Of a stretch of DNA of 64,000 nucleotides, positions 38,829-52,811 are shown piece by piece. How positions within the stretch are numbered: the stretch's first letter is position 1; the number at the start of each line of letters is the position of its first letter. The translations under genes were made by a program, and so were the position numbers. This DNA is from Octopus vulgaris (Eukaryota). The notes under the pieces were generated by a model, which did not search any database, was not told the DNA's origin, and saw nothing but the letters and a program-made list of their open reading frames with translations. The stretch covers positions 48,236,001 through 48,300,000 of the forward strand of contig OX597825.1 in NCBI GenBank assembly GCA_951406725.2. Direction: 5' to 3'.

Positions 38829-40716
38829 CATTATCTCTGTATATCCTTGTTGCTTATGTTGATTATATATACATATATATGTGTACATACATATGCATAC
38901 ATATACATGCATACTTATGTATCTACTACATATGTGGAAAATCGGTGGCGTTGTTAGCTAACTCCTCCTACATCGTTTTATTGATTTTGATGAAACTTGA
39001 CACGTGAGTAGAACTCATGTCTGGAAATCCCGTGACATGCTTAGATTGTTGAAAGACATCGGTAATACGGCCCCAGGAAAGGATCTTTATATCTACCTCA
39101 TATAACTAATTTGTTTAAACACCCAAGGGAAATAACCCATAGCACCTGCAAAATATTTTTGAAATACTTAAGGGAAATGACCTATAGCACCTGCACTTAC
39201 AGTTGTTAGTTTTTAGCAAAGCGATCAATATTTGATTCCAGATTCAGCGGACTTAATTCTGCATTTCACTATTCACAGTTTTCAACTGCTAAACTTTATT
39301 AGAGAACTTGATGCATGTACAGTTTCAATGCTTATAACTCCGATAATTCTGCATTTTTCCAGTTAAATTTTTTCGATGACAGTACACAAATTTTTGATTC
39401 CAGAACGTATTTAATAAGTGTGTCCCAATACAATGAACTCATAGTTTGAATGCTTAAAACTCTTAAAAAATGAAACCAAACTACCACATCACATTCAGCT
39501 GGGACACCCTGTATCACTTATACTTATTTTACAAATCATAATATTTATTGCTTATTTACAGTTCATACAACATTTTCGTGTATGTATATGTTGTGTGTGT
39601 ATGTGTGTTTTGTGTGCAGTGTGTGTACGTATGGGTATGTGAGTACGCGTGAGGTTTTGTGGGGGGGGGGGGGGGGGCTGATAATTCTGCATTTTTATAG
39701 TTACCCTTTTTCCATGACAGTCGATAAATTTTTTATTCCTCAACGTATTTGTAGTGGCTTCATGCAGACATATCGTGGATTCGATCCTCGATTGCCAAAT
39801 TTCACTTAACACTTCAACAGCGCTTTTCTCGCGAGCAGTTGTACATTTCCTAGATGCCTTCGCTAAGCAGAATAATGTCTTTGCTACTTGACCCTTCTAA
39901 CCTCATCTAGGCCACCAGGGGCTGGAATAGAAATAACAGGCCTCCAACGAAACCATTTGTTTTCAACAATATGTCTATCCTTCTGGATGCTTTTTGATAG
40001 TTATAAAAGTAAGAACTTCGTAAGCTAAAGGTCTCGAAATACGTTTGTGAAAAGATGGACGAATGTTGCAAGGAAGTTGAGAGCGTGCTGGTGTAGCCGG
40101 TCTAATCAGAAAGGAAAAGTAATAAGGAGAAAAAGGGAGAAAAAAAGAAAAAGAAAAAGGGACAGAAAAAAAACAAACAAAAAAACACCCGTGTGTCGAA
40201 CACGAACCCGAAAATATAATCACAGAAATTTTTATACGATTCTCGATTTCATTTTTCTGATTCCATATTCCAATTTCCATTAAATCGTAACCCCCAAACC
40301 TAAATGTTTTGTATTGTCTTATATTGTCCCCTCTCTGTATGTCATTCATTGACAAATTAAGAAATAAGTTGCTGAGAGCGACCATCAGTGAGTGTGAAAG
40401 TCATTATTGCACTTTCTTCATTTCATTCCAAAACATTAAACACTTCATGCATATATTCATGTACATATATTCCACATTAATATATTACTGTTATTAAATT
40501 AGCCTTCATAAAGTTCACCTTTAAAATGCCACGACGAGTCAGAGTACTTTCTCGCCTCCTCCGAAAACCTCTCGCGCCAACCTCCAACACCCTCTCCCTC
40601 CTCCAGCTGACAGTTTTTTGTACTTTTTCGCGACGGAAAATGCACCTTTTGTGGCAGTTATAACGAAATTAGTTTCTTATATCAGAGTAATAAGGCGTTT
40701 CAATACAACATCTTTA

Positions 40717-40746
40717 CCCCGGAAATTACCGGGCACACCAGCTAGT
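40717..40746 (+). mobile_element. Helitron-type 3' terminus
   Basis: Hairpin cccgg-aaatta-ccggg, then CTAG|t about 8 nt downstream. The 5' end was not located. Confidence 0.55.
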
Positions 40747-40797
40747 ACATAAATACACACACACGCACGCACACACGCACGCACACACGCACGCACG

Positions 40798-40850
<53 letters not shown>

Positions 40851-41039
40851 CGCTAACCTCTACACATTTTTTATTTTCTCTCCTTGTTTCTTTCTGTATT
40901 CCTTTCTGTGGAAGAGCGTTAAAGACTTTTTCACTTCCCAAGCGTTCAACTAATACATCTGTTTGTTGTGTACAACACCTGACTTCGTCTTTTGTTTTTC
41001 TGTGAATTTTCCCCCTATATATATATATATATATATAGT

Positions 41040-41600
41040 AAAGGATAAAATCATAAATGATTTTTACCAAGTGGTCAGCGCGGAAATAAAACCTCATAGG
41101 TAAATTTTATAAATATTTTATAATTATATACATAATTATAACAAGGGCATTGGCTTATGCCTCACCACGCACTGAAAAATAGACGTCAAAAGACACTATT
41201 ACCACCATAAATTCTCCGAGAAAAACACACTACCTTATAGGCTAGTAGAAGAAAGAAAATGAATTAAAACTTTGGTTAACCACGTACATGATCGTGTTTC
41301 GGGCTTAAAGTAATAAAAAACATAACCTTTTTGCCTTCATCAGCGTCGGTATACCCAGGCATATAAATACGAGTGGCCACGGATATGCAAGCGAGCTGCG
41401 TCTTCGCTCATCTTTTACCCATCAAGACTAATTTTACCCATAAAATTTACCCTTGATCAAGGAGTAAATATTTTTTCAAATATTAATTATAATAATAATA
41501 AAAGGTAAAATCATAAATGATTTTTACCAAGTGGTCAGCGCAGAAATAAAACTTCATAGGTAAATTTTACAAATATTTTATAATTATGTATATAATTTAT
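41040..41600 (-). mobile_element. Non-coding PLE-like element with a partial tandem repeat and an HHR
   Basis: 41040-41140 is repeated at 41500-41600; flanked by (TA)n. Confidence 0.75.
41280..41349 (-). ncRNA. Type I hammerhead ribozyme (family F)
   Basis: Minus strand: CCGACG CUGAUGA AGGC...GCCC GAAA CACGAUCAUG UA CGUGG. Confidence 0.75.
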
Positions 41601-41689
41601 ATATATATACACACACACATACAAACACGCACAAACATGTAAATAAATTCATAGCGAAACTAATAATAATAATATATATATATATATGG

Positions 41690-41900
41690 TGAAAGTATTA
41701 ATAGTGAAACAAGTATTATCTCATATTACAGTAGGGATGTTATTGTTTCATTTTTTGACACGTAATACTCAAAATAGTTTAAGAGATGAGATTGCTCCAA
41801 GGTCGTGATAGGCAAGAAGTTGAACCTAAGAATGCATGTGTAAAATTTGAATGAAATCTGTTGAGAAGTTCTCAAGTTTTGGTGATGCACACTTACATAC
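41690..41900 (-). repeat. Interspersed non-coding repeat; related copies at ~52855-53100, ~57380-57600 and ~60155-60410
   Basis: Shared gatttcattcaaattttacac and tgaaacaataa..ctattgtaatgtgatataata blocks. Class unresolved. Confidence 0.7.
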
Positions 41901-41929
41901 ATATAGACAGACAAACACACATTATCAGT

Positions 41930-41961
<32 letters not shown>

Positions 41962-42053
41962 TATATGTACATACATATACATGACAGATACAAACAACAA
42001 ACACATACATACATACACACACACACACACTCACACACACACACGTGTATATA

Positions 42054-42459
42054 TACTCTTTTACTCTTTACTCTCTTTTACTTGTTTCAGTCATTTGACT
42101 GCGGCCATGCTGGAGCACCGCCTTTAATCGAGCAACTCGACCCCGGGACTTATTCTTTTGTAAGCCCAGTACTTATTCTATCGGTCTCTTTTGCCGAACC
42201 GCTAAGTAACGGGGACATAAACACACCAGCATTGGTTGTCAAGCAATGCTAGGGGGACAGACACACAAACACACACACATACATATATATATATACATAT
42301 ATACGACAGGCTTCTTTCAGTTTCCGTCTACCAAATCCACTCACAAGGCATTGGTCGGCCCGGGGTTATAGCAGAAGACACTTGCCCAAGATGCCACGCA
42401 GTGGGACTGAACCCGGAACCATGTGGCTGGTTAGCAAGCTACTTACCACACAGCCACTC
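42054..42459 (-). mobile_element. tRNA-derived SINE (family 1), full length
   Basis: Reverse complement of 58991-59391. Confidence 0.9.
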
Positions 42460-42734
42460 ATTGGCCGTTTCTAGTAATCTCAAGATTAATCAGCCGAAAT
42501 TACTACGATGATCCGGTTCTTGACTGAAGACTGAGGGCTTCGAATGTCCTGTCTGTGTTTGTTGTATCGTCTTCTAAGTTTTTATGCGTTCTTGTCTCAG
42601 TTTGTATTTTTCTACATATCATTATATATATATAAAGTTAATCCAAACAAGAAAGCACAAAAAAACACAACAACGCGAAGACATGGAACAAATATAGTAT
42701 TATTGGACGCTCAGGAAAGAAGGAAAGAAGGAGG

Positions 42735-42769
42735 GTTTAACGTTTCGAGCGGAGCTCTTCGTCGGAAAC
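42735..42769 (-). ncRNA. Minimal hammerhead-like motif (family B, U4C variant)
   Basis: Identical to 16614-16648, inside a ~200-bp solo terminus (42630-42835). Confidence 0.65.
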
Positions 42770-43152
42770 ATAGGAGAAGGAAAGATCCAGAGAAGGGAAG
42801 ACAGAGGTAAAAAATCGCCAACGGTACACACGAGATATATATATATACACGACGGGCTTTTTTAGTTTCCGTCTACCAAATCCACTCACATGGCTCTGGT
42901 CAGCCCGAGGGTATGGTTGAAGACACCAAATTGCCACGCAGTGGGATTGAACCCGGAATCATATGGTTAGGAAGCAAGCTTCTTACCACACAGCCACGCC
43001 TGCTCCTACATATATTTATATTTACATACAATATTCATATACATACATGTATGGATACATACACAAATTTATATACGCACATAAAAACCGCACCAAAAAT
43101 CTTAGTATTGAAAGAAGTGTTAGCGAAATTATTGTCAATAGTGAGAGAGAGG

Positions 43153-43185
<33 letters not shown>

Positions 43186-43988
43186 GAAGAGAGAGAGAAG
43201 AGAAAGAGAAAGAAAGAAAGAGAGAGACAGAGAGAAGGGTGGAGAACAAAGTAATGTCATTGTCTGTGATGCACCATGAAAAAGTGGTACTATGGTAGGT
43301 GATGGCATCTCTACTGAATGAAGAAACAAGTAAATTCTTAGCTAACCGAAACCTCAATACTGAATCTTTAATGAATCCTCGCAAATATGGTGTGATGGAG
43401 CTGGCGATTAACTTATTTTAGTGCTAAGAATGTGGTTCAAGTTATTCCGAACACAATATTCATTACTAGTTTCCTAACTGAGGAATAACCTTAAAATTAT
43501 ATGAAGAAAATTATAGTTCAGAATGATTTTAGTATGTGAGTGGTACATCTTTTATTGTATTCATCGAAAGCAAGGAAAATTTTAACAGGGTTTGAATTGA
43601 AATATCAAAGACATAAACATCATACCCCAAGGTTAGCCAACTCTCCACCGTCTCTACCTATCCAACAAGAAATCCTCTACGTACAACAATCAGAAAAATA
43701 TGCTAAATATGTTTCTTTTTTTTTTTCATTCACTCGAAATCTAGGTATGAGTGGAGTGGAGAGGGGTACATCCGTCATTCTATCAACATACAGTCTGGTA
43801 AATCTATTACCCCTGTAGGTGAGGGGTGAGTATGCAACAAGCAACTCGTTTACACCCATCCTAACTTCTAATGTACAGCATTATTATTGCTAAGGCTTCA
43901 AGGTTAAAGCATGTAGACGCCATAGTTATATTTAGGTCACTAACCGAACTAATAATATCGCATAAACGCACACGCGCGCGCACACATA

Positions 43989-44023
<35 letters not shown>

Positions 44024-44176
44024 TTATATTTTTCCATTCAAACTTATTTCTTTCCATCCCGTTTACACCCCGGTATTATTTTAAAGCGGGAGTTTGGTTA
44101 GCACTGATTAAATACATATGTTTACAACTAATTAGTGATAATTTTAAGAAATACATTTTAGTGCAGGAAATCGCCG

Positions 44177-44377
<201 letters not shown>

Positions 44378-45293
44378 GTCTGTCTGTCTACCTGTCTGTC
44401 TGTCTGACTGTCTGCATGTCTGCCTGTCTGTCTGTTTCTTCTATCTGACTGTCTCCCTCTCTGTGTCTCTCTGTGTGTCTCTTTGTCTCTCTCTGTCGCT
44501 CTCACTATCTCTGGTTCTCTTTCTCCCCTTCTCTTTCTCTGTATAAGAACTGAAACTTGAAAGATAGTGAACGTTTCTTTGAAAAATAAAGTTACTCTAT
44601 AGAAGAGTACGGGCTGCTTCTTCAATTTATAGTTTAACCGCTTCTATATATAACATTACATAAAAACAGAATAGTAATACACACACACACACAAGTGTTT
44701 GTATATATATATATACACACATATATAAAATCCGTTCTGTGTGTGTGTGTGTGTGTGTGTATGTGTGTGTGTGTGTGTGCGTGTGTGTGTCTTCTAGGAT
44801 CTCGGGCATCCTTCATCCGATTGTGCTTAAATTTGATTTGTAGATACCGACGGTATCAGGGCGTGTATAAGTCTTGAAAAAATTACAAAAATCGATTTCA
44901 GGTGAGAATACGATCGATAAAGCCGTGGGAACGTGCATTGGTACGCGCAAGTACATCAGCTGTTGCGATCGATACTACGCGTACGCGAGAAAAATGTACG
45001 TGAAGTTTGCGCAAAAATATCCGGCTGGCTTGAGATAATGCCACAAAATGCAGTAGATTTAAGAGACCAAAAAAGTAAGATGCAAAAGAGATATTTTCTT
45101 CAAACTTGGCATGAAAGAAGGAAAGACTACTTGGTTTTTCAAGAATTTTTTTTTTTGCCTTAACTTCGTTTAACAAAACCAAACATTTTATTAAAATATA
45201 GGCATGCTTAATTATTTGAGAAAATTTGGTTTAAATGTTTGCCAACTCAGCACCGTCCATTGGACGGGGGGCGTTTTGCTCGTATATATATAT

Positions 45294-46480
45294 ATTAGGT
45301 CGTCAAGTAAGACATTTGTAGAAAAGAAAAAATGTTTGCTAATGTTTTATAAACACAAGGAATAGTTGTATTCATCAAAGTATGCATCGAAATTGTCAAT
45401 ACACTTTTGCCATTTCAGCGGTAGTGTGTCAGCCCGGAACTGTAAAAGCCTGGTAATCTAGAGTCAATAAAATCTTAGAAGGCCAGTTTTACAGCATCAT
45501 CGAAATTAATTTTTTTCCTAACAAAAAGTTATCCAATTTCGGGAAGAAGTGGTAGACAGCGGGGGGTGGGGTGGAGATCAGGTGAGTATAGTGGCTGATG
45601 GAGAACTTCCAGCTACAAGTCCTGTAGTTTCGCCAATGTCATTTGTGCGGTATGTGGTCTGGCGTTATCTTGCAATGAAATAGGAGTGGATCCGTTGACT
45701 AATCTAGGCTGTTTGTAAGTTTCTGTGTCATTTGGTCCAGTTGGCTGCAGTATACTTCGGCCGTGATTGATGAGCTAGGTTTAATGAAATCATAATGGAT
45801 CACACCTGCGCCAGACCACCAAACACACACCATTAGCTTCTTTGGATGAATTTTGCTTTTTGGACTGTGTCTTGGTGGCTCGTTGTCCAAACATTGTGCT
45901 GAGCGTTTACGGTTGTTGTACTGGATCCATTTCTCATCACATGTTACAATTCGATTCAATAATGATTCAATTTTGTGACGAGAATGCAGCACAATGCAGG
46001 CTTCCAAATGTTGCTGTTTCTGATTTTCATTGAATTCACGTGGAACCCACTTATCCAACTTTACCACTTTACCGATTTGAACTATGTGAGTCAGTATTGT
46101 TTGCTTGCAAACACCAAACAACAATGATAATTCATGGGCACTTTGAGATCTGACTTTACGGTGGCTTTCAGTTTGTTATTATTCACCTGTATTTCTGGTC
46201 GACCGCGTTGCTCATTTGTGAGTTCAAAGTTACCAGAACGAAATTTTGTAAACCAATTTGATACTGTCTGCTGTGTTATAACATTAGAATGAAATACTCC
46301 ATTGATATTCTGAGCTGCCTGAGATGCTGTATTTCCAGGAAAGAACTCATATTTCAAAACTGTATGACTTTTCGACTTAGCTGCTTTTAACAAAGATACA
46401 AAGCTCCATCTTTGGAATGTAGATAGCAAAAATGTCACATTTTTAGCCCGAGAGATGTCTTGCATAGTCTTACTATTCCG
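45294..46480 (-). mobile_element. Mariner (cecropia/Hsmar1-like) transposon, degenerate
   Basis: HTH region YEF..G..ASQAAQNIN.VF..TVSNWF.KFRSG; KWVPREF; IVTCDEKWI; MVCVWW..GVIHY; YSPDL; ta|ttagg end at 45294. Confidence 0.85.
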
Positions 46481-46509
46481 CTTACAGATTCTATTTGTAA
46501 TATGCGAAT

Positions 46510-46806
46510 CAGTTGGTTAATTTTTTTTTCGGAAAATCCAAGCTTAACCGGACTGAGAGTTAGGTATTTACTAACAAAACCAAGTGTACCAATTATTAAT
46601 GGTATAAATGTAAATTTGTAATCCGGATATAAAAGTTGGAGTTTATGAAGCAGTTGTCCATAGATATCTGCTTTTCATTTGATTTACAAAGTGATATTCA
46701 CACCAGCAAGACAGTTGACCTCTATGACGGTACATGCTTCTTCTTGTCTGTCCCAAACAATAACATCAGGCCTGTCATGCTTGCATATGACGGATATTTT
46801 GATGGG
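46510..46806 (-). mobile_element. Restriction-like endonuclease fragment of an RLE-bearing non-LTR element (R2/NeSL/CRE group)
   Basis: CKHDRPDVIVWDRQEEACTVIEVNC (RPD..E motif) ... LQLLYPDYKFTFIPLIIGTLG. Confidence 0.65.
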
Positions 46807-46846
46807 TATGTATGTATGTATGTATGTATGTATGTATGTATGTATG

Positions 46847-46875
<29 letters not shown>

Positions 46876-46877
<2 letters not shown>

Positions 46878-47320
46878 CATGTAACCCAGTACAACCTGTT
46901 GCATGGTCGGGTCGTCGGCGACTAAACCGGTAACCCCACCAAGCTTGCTTGGTGAGGAGGTTGTTTATTGGACACCTTACGGGATGAAAAACAAAACCCG
47001 TCAAAGGGCGGAGGAACTCTTGAGAGTCAACGGCCATCCAATAAATGTTTTAAGGCTGTGTCATGCGCGGGGACATAGAAATAATCGGACTGAATACCCG
47101 ATCGCGCGGTTAAACCATTGAGAGTGACAGACCCCTAGCCTTTGTTAGGACATCCTTCTAGGAGAAGGTAACTCAGGTTACTGGGATAACTCCGATATAA
47201 AACCTGCGGCTCAGTGGTTAACGATGATGTTGACTTGTTCTTCTTTTCGGATTATGGCTGCTGTTGCTTAGTGAGTGGGATTGACTCAGTGCATAGCCTT
47301 TCCTCACTTTAAAAAAAATC
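46876..47320 (+). mobile_element. RTE-like 5' UTR-derived segment
   Basis: Several hairpins and a ctaggagaaggtaactc motif resembling RTE 5' UTRs as I recall them; possible HDV-like fold at the 5' edge. Confidence 0.45.
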
Positions 47321-48009
47321 TTCTTGCACAGGCATTGCATGATAACAACATTGACTAAGCTTCGTGCAATGGCCATACTCGATAACGAGGGGGCAGCCAC
47401 CATGTACGTATGTAAATTATGGAGCTGATTAATGGAAAAGGACAAATAAATATGGAAAACCTCTCGTTTGTCATAGAGGCCTGAGTAAATCTTGTTTCGG
47501 CACTTTCAAAGTTAAAAAAATTTCATCCCATGTTACGACTGCACTGGCTGCATTAGCGCATACATACATACATACATACATACAAACATCAATATGTATG
47601 CGCGCGCGCACACACACATACACACATATACACATTCGCTGTAGGTGACGGAAAATAACGGATAGATACATTGAACAGAAAAATTGATTTTAGTCTAGGA
47701 ACCTGTGTGTGTATGTGTGTGTGTGTGTGTGTTTTCGTGCGCGCGTGCGTATTATGTGTGAAAATGTGGTGTGTGTATATTTGTATGGGGGTGACAACAG
47801 CGTAGCTTCATCACCAGTCAAATATCATCACCTCCTTCCTGTCATCGCCACTGTACTTTCGTTGTTACATAACTGTTATCACTGCTATATCAATACCTCA
47901 TTCATGATGGCGTCATTGTCTGGATACGATAATCGTCTCTATACACATCACCTCTATTCTGTCCTAACCGCTTTATTGCTTTTGCTGCTATATGTCAAGG
48001 CCGCAATAT

Positions 48010-48712
48010 TTATTTCTTTATTGCCACAGGGGGATAAACATAAAGGAGATACCTATTTCTTTACTACCCAGAAGGGGCTATACATAGAGTGGACAAACAG
48101 GGACAGACAAAGGGATTAAGTCGATTACACCGACCCGAGTGCGTAACTGGTACTTAAATTATCGACCCCGAAAGGATGAAAAGCAAAGTCGACCTCGGTG
48201 GAATTTGAACTCACAACGTAAAGGCAGGCGAAATACCGCTAAGCATTTCGCCAGCTCGGCCGCAATATTGTCACTCTCCAAGTTGTCATTAATTCTTTGC
48301 TCAGTGCTGTTGTAATAAACTATTTTTATTTATAATTTCCTATGTTACTTCAGCCTATCCCAAATGCCTGCCTCGTTACTTCTCATGAGGTATCCCGTCA
48401 TACGTGCACATATTCATTACTACTCTAAGCACAAGGCCCGAAATTTTTGGGGAGGGGCAGTCGATTAGATCAAAACGTAAAGACAGACGAAATACCTATT
48501 TCTTTACTACCCACAAGGGGCTAAACAAGGACAGACAAACGGATTAAGTCGATTATATCAACCCCAATGCGTAACGGGTACTTAATTTATCGATCCAGAA
48601 AGGATGAAAGGCAAAGTCGACCTCGGCGGAATTTGAACTCAGAACGTAACGGCAGACGAAATACGGCTACGCATTTCGCCCGGCGTGCTAACGATTCTGC
48701 CAGCTCGCCGCC
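48010..48712 (-). mobile_element. Two SINE family 2 copies (48010-48262 and 48420-48712)
   Basis: Minus-strand head ggcggcgagctggcagaatcgttagc, B box-like gagttcaaattcc, and core gcctttcatccttt. Confidence 0.85.
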
Positions 48713-48740
48713 TTTACTCTAGACGAAATACCTAACAAGG

Positions 48741-48771
<31 letters not shown>

Positions 48772-50003
48772 CATACATACATACATACATACGTACATAT
48801 ATATTATATGCATGAACGTATGTATGTATACGTATAAGTGCGTGTGTATGTATGAGTGTGTATATCTATGCTTCCAGCTTATCTTTGTTGCCATTCACCC
48901 CCTATCCCTACACTACCCAGTTCCAAATATATAAGCCGTTAATTCTTCCTCCTACGTAAAAAAAAAAAGATATAATCACACCCACCAGCATTCCTCCTCC
49001 AGTTTCTGATGTTTCTTCCTTCATATACACACAAAAATATACTTTCTCATGGCTAATTTGTAGTGTTGTCTGAGCCCTTTCACCTACCCTATTTGTTCTA
49101 GTTTACAATCCTTTCTAAATACCAGAAAACCAATACTTTCCTAGAATCATCGTCTGCCGCTGTTAATACCAACCTTCAACGCCCTTTCACTTGTAGACTA
49201 TTCTGTTGCATTTGTCGACATTTCATGGGGATTTATCTTCTGTTTATGATATATTTGATCTTTCAACTGATCTGTCGTTTGCCCTTGTTTCACATTTAGT
49301 CTATTCTGTTTATCAGCCACAAAAGTCACAGATCTTGTTGCTATGCATATTCTGACTGAAGTGCGTCATTCTCTTTTGTCGCCAGCGCTTTAGTTCTCTC
49401 CCCTGTTCATATTTTGAATGCTCTTTAGTGCGAGTTGGAACATTAAGAAATAGGTCAAGCACATCTTGAACAATACTGCGTACATTTTATTTCAAATTCA
49501 GACATTTGCACCACCAAACATTCTTTGACACTCCTACCCAATGAGTGGTCTAAATTCTCACAAATTTCCTGTTTTATTTAGTTATTTATAAACAAGGAAA
49601 GGTCTTATTACATACATTTCGTCAATGTTAAATCTATTCTCCTTCTCTGTCTATCTTTCTCTATCTTTCTAATCTTGGCACAATACTTCTTTTCTCTCTC
49701 TCTCTCCCCCCTCTCCCCCTCTCTCAAATGACCTAAAGTTTGTAGAAAATTTAGCAATGTAACGTGTGATGAATCGAAGGTATCAGAGCACTTACCGCAC
49801 CGTTTTGTCGCTTATTTGTCTCTGTCTGTAAGCTATTATGTGTTTTTTCTTTCTTTCTCGTTTATTTTTATTATTGATTTATATCATTGTCTAAAAACAT
49901 TTCAAAAATTAACCTATTTCCCTTTTAACCTTTTACAAGAATTTCGACTATATGTAAATGTGCGATTGTAACAATGTTGACACCTAGAGGACCAACAATC
50001 TCC

Positions 50004-50097
50004 TCACCCTTCACAGATCAAGATATGGTTGGAAATAAGGAGAGTATGATTCACCCTTCACAGATCAAGATATGGTTGGAAATAAGGAGAGTATGAT
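50004..50097. repeat. Perfect 47-bp tandem duplication
   Basis: tcacccttcacagatcaagatatggttggaaataaggagagtatgat, twice. Confidence 0.95.
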
Positions 50098-52654
50098 TTC
50101 TGTGTCCCATATATAATTACTGGTAGTCAGTAGCTTCTGAAAAAAAATTTAATAAGAACATTGAAATTCATTGAACTGAAACTTAGAGACTAAAATTATT
50201 TCATTTAGTCAGGATAAACTAAATAATCCATAATTTTTAAACAATGACTTCTCATTCGTCATTAAAATTCTTTGTCTGCAGTCGCTCAGTTTCCACCGGA
50301 CATTGGCTCTCTTTCATTGGTGGTCCACTACACTGTGCTTTGGGAGAAGTTGGATGGTTGACATCGTTACATCACAAACTGACGGTTATTTCAGAATTGA
50401 ACAATTCCAATGTGTTTCTTCTAGCAATGCTCCTTGTTCTCTGGACCCTAAAATCTAAAGACAGGACAGGAAATTCTTTGAAGGGAATTTCTGGATTGTT
50501 ATGTTTACGATTTATACTATGGATAGCAGAGCAACACGTGTAAAAATATTACACGAGAAAAACATTTAATATGACGTAGGCGCACACGCGCGCGCACGTA
50601 CAGACATTCTGCACAGTTATCCGTCGACCAAATTCCACTCACTAGGTATTAGTTAAACCTGGACTATGTTACAAAAAAGTAATTTTTCGGAAGGTACCAC
50701 GCAGTGGGATCGAACCTGGAATTATGATGGTTCCAAAGTGACCCTTTTAACTTCATAGTCTTCATCTCCATCAAAACTAATAATTACGATCCTGAAAGTA
50801 TTTATCGTAGAATATGGTGAAAATCCCTAAGTGTCTGTCATTTGGTTTCAATAACCGTTTCTATAATAGACATTTACCTTTGCTTTATCCTTAAGAAAGG
50901 CATGAATGTCATACACTCTCATTTACTAACCCTCTATTATTCTGAAACTTTGTGCCAAAGTAAGCAATTATTGTTAGCTAAATAAGAAGGTCTACGTGAC
51001 TGTTGTTCATCATTCTATTTGATGACGTCATCACCTTACATCGCAGACAAGTCCAGTAATACTACTGTCTCCATTTACCATTATCAATATGTAGTCTTGT
51101 CGGGTCGCTAATAAGAACACTACCGCCCCTCACTCACTAACTCAAGGAAGTAGTAGTAGTAGTAGTAGTAGTAGTACACTTAAAGATATTTCTGTAAAAA
51201 GTAAATCACATCCGTTATTGTCGACATTTTTAGACATTAGTCACATCCTTTCTTCTTAACCAACTCGTCTCCCTCACTCTCTTCCTCACTGTGTCCTTTC
51301 TCTTTTCTCGCCGTCATTTCTCTTTTTCTATCTCCTCCTCCTTCCCTCCACTCCCTCTCCTCTCATGCCATCTCCATCGACATTCATTTGTGTTGACCAC
51401 TTAACAATTTTCTAATAAATAATTAATTTAAGTTTCATTTATTCTTGTTCTTTCCAAAGTTGTAGGCTGGTGGTAAGCTATCATCAAGCTGACCCGGCAA
51501 CACATGTTCAATACCAATTTGAGACATTTCTCATTTACTCCTTGTACAAGTGATTACTGGTCCATAGACAATAGTGGGAGTAAATAGGTGACGAACGCGG
51601 GGGGAATCAAATTTGCTATTTTTTTTTTCCTGTCTATAGTAGTTATACCTGGCATTTAGATTTTAAGCAGCAAACCTCTTTTGAACGAAGATCAAGATAC
51701 GGTTTCAATCCCTAGTTATAACTATTTTATTTCAGTTGGAGACCTATAAATATTATTCCATTTCATTCCAGTTCTGAGTAAAATATGCGTTTTGGTTTAA
51801 CATTATTAACTAACAGAACCTATGTACATAAAGACAACTGTGGCAATCATTCATTAGGGTAGTTTCAATAAAGTAGTAAGAGTAGAGAATCGTCTATACA
51901 TGAATGGGACACAGGTTTTCTTGGAATATCAAAGATTATCACTAAGTGGTGGGTTCTTGTGAAAGCAGCTGTTAGCTCCTGAAATAATAATGATAATAAT
52001 AAAAGAATTCTTTGAAGTTCTAGACTTCAAACATTTTAACGAAAATATTGCTTTTCTTCCCTCTCTTCACATTTATAAATGGATCAGTTGATGATAGAGA
52101 CAAAAAGGATCGCTTGTATACTACTATAACTGCAGCTTGGAATGACGTGTATAGTCGAGAAGCTACCACATTGTGATCTATTGAATTGCTTCTCGAGAAC
52201 GACACGATCCGAATTTTTGTAGGCGCAGGCATGGTTGAGTGTAAGAAACTTGTTTTCCATCCACGTGGTTCTGGGTTCAGTCCCACTGTACGGCACCTGG
52301 ACCAAATGTCTTCTACTGTAATTCAGGACAGTATTGTTACTGAATTTGGTAGAGGGAAACTGAAAGAAGCTCGTCGAGTATATGTATGTAAATATGTGTG
52401 TATGTATAAGAAAATAAACTGATAAACTTCATTAGCTTACAGGTGTTTCTCTTATAAGGTGCAATGCACTCATAGTTGTGTGCGTGTGTATCAGCCTATA
52501 ACTTCATTGGACCTTTAAAAAGTGAAGTACAACTTTATTTAGGAAAGCATTTATCTTTATTTATGTATGTATATATACACATAAATATATATAAATTTAC
52601 ATACATAAATATATACATATATACATACGTATACATACATATACATACATATGC

Positions 52655-52690
<36 letters not shown>

Positions 52691-52778
52691 GTATATAAAT
52701 ATATATATATATACATATATACAAATACATACATATATATACATATATATATATATAGATACACATACATATATACAT

Positions 52779-52811
<33 letters not shown>

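Larger units (their letters stand above)
38626..38866. repeat. Imperfect fold-back with two divergent hammerheads (family E)
   Basis: Centre atttagctaaat at ~38752-38763. The arms differ by an indel in the stem II loop and by some substitutions. Confidence 0.85.

Noticed and set aside
40900-40930. ctgtggaagagcgttaaag, resembling a family B-like HHR
   Set aside because: Stem II and GAAA are absent; too little remains to call.
45699-46465. SETMAR host gene
   Set aside because: No SET domain, and the transposase is frameshifted with stops; a mariner relic.
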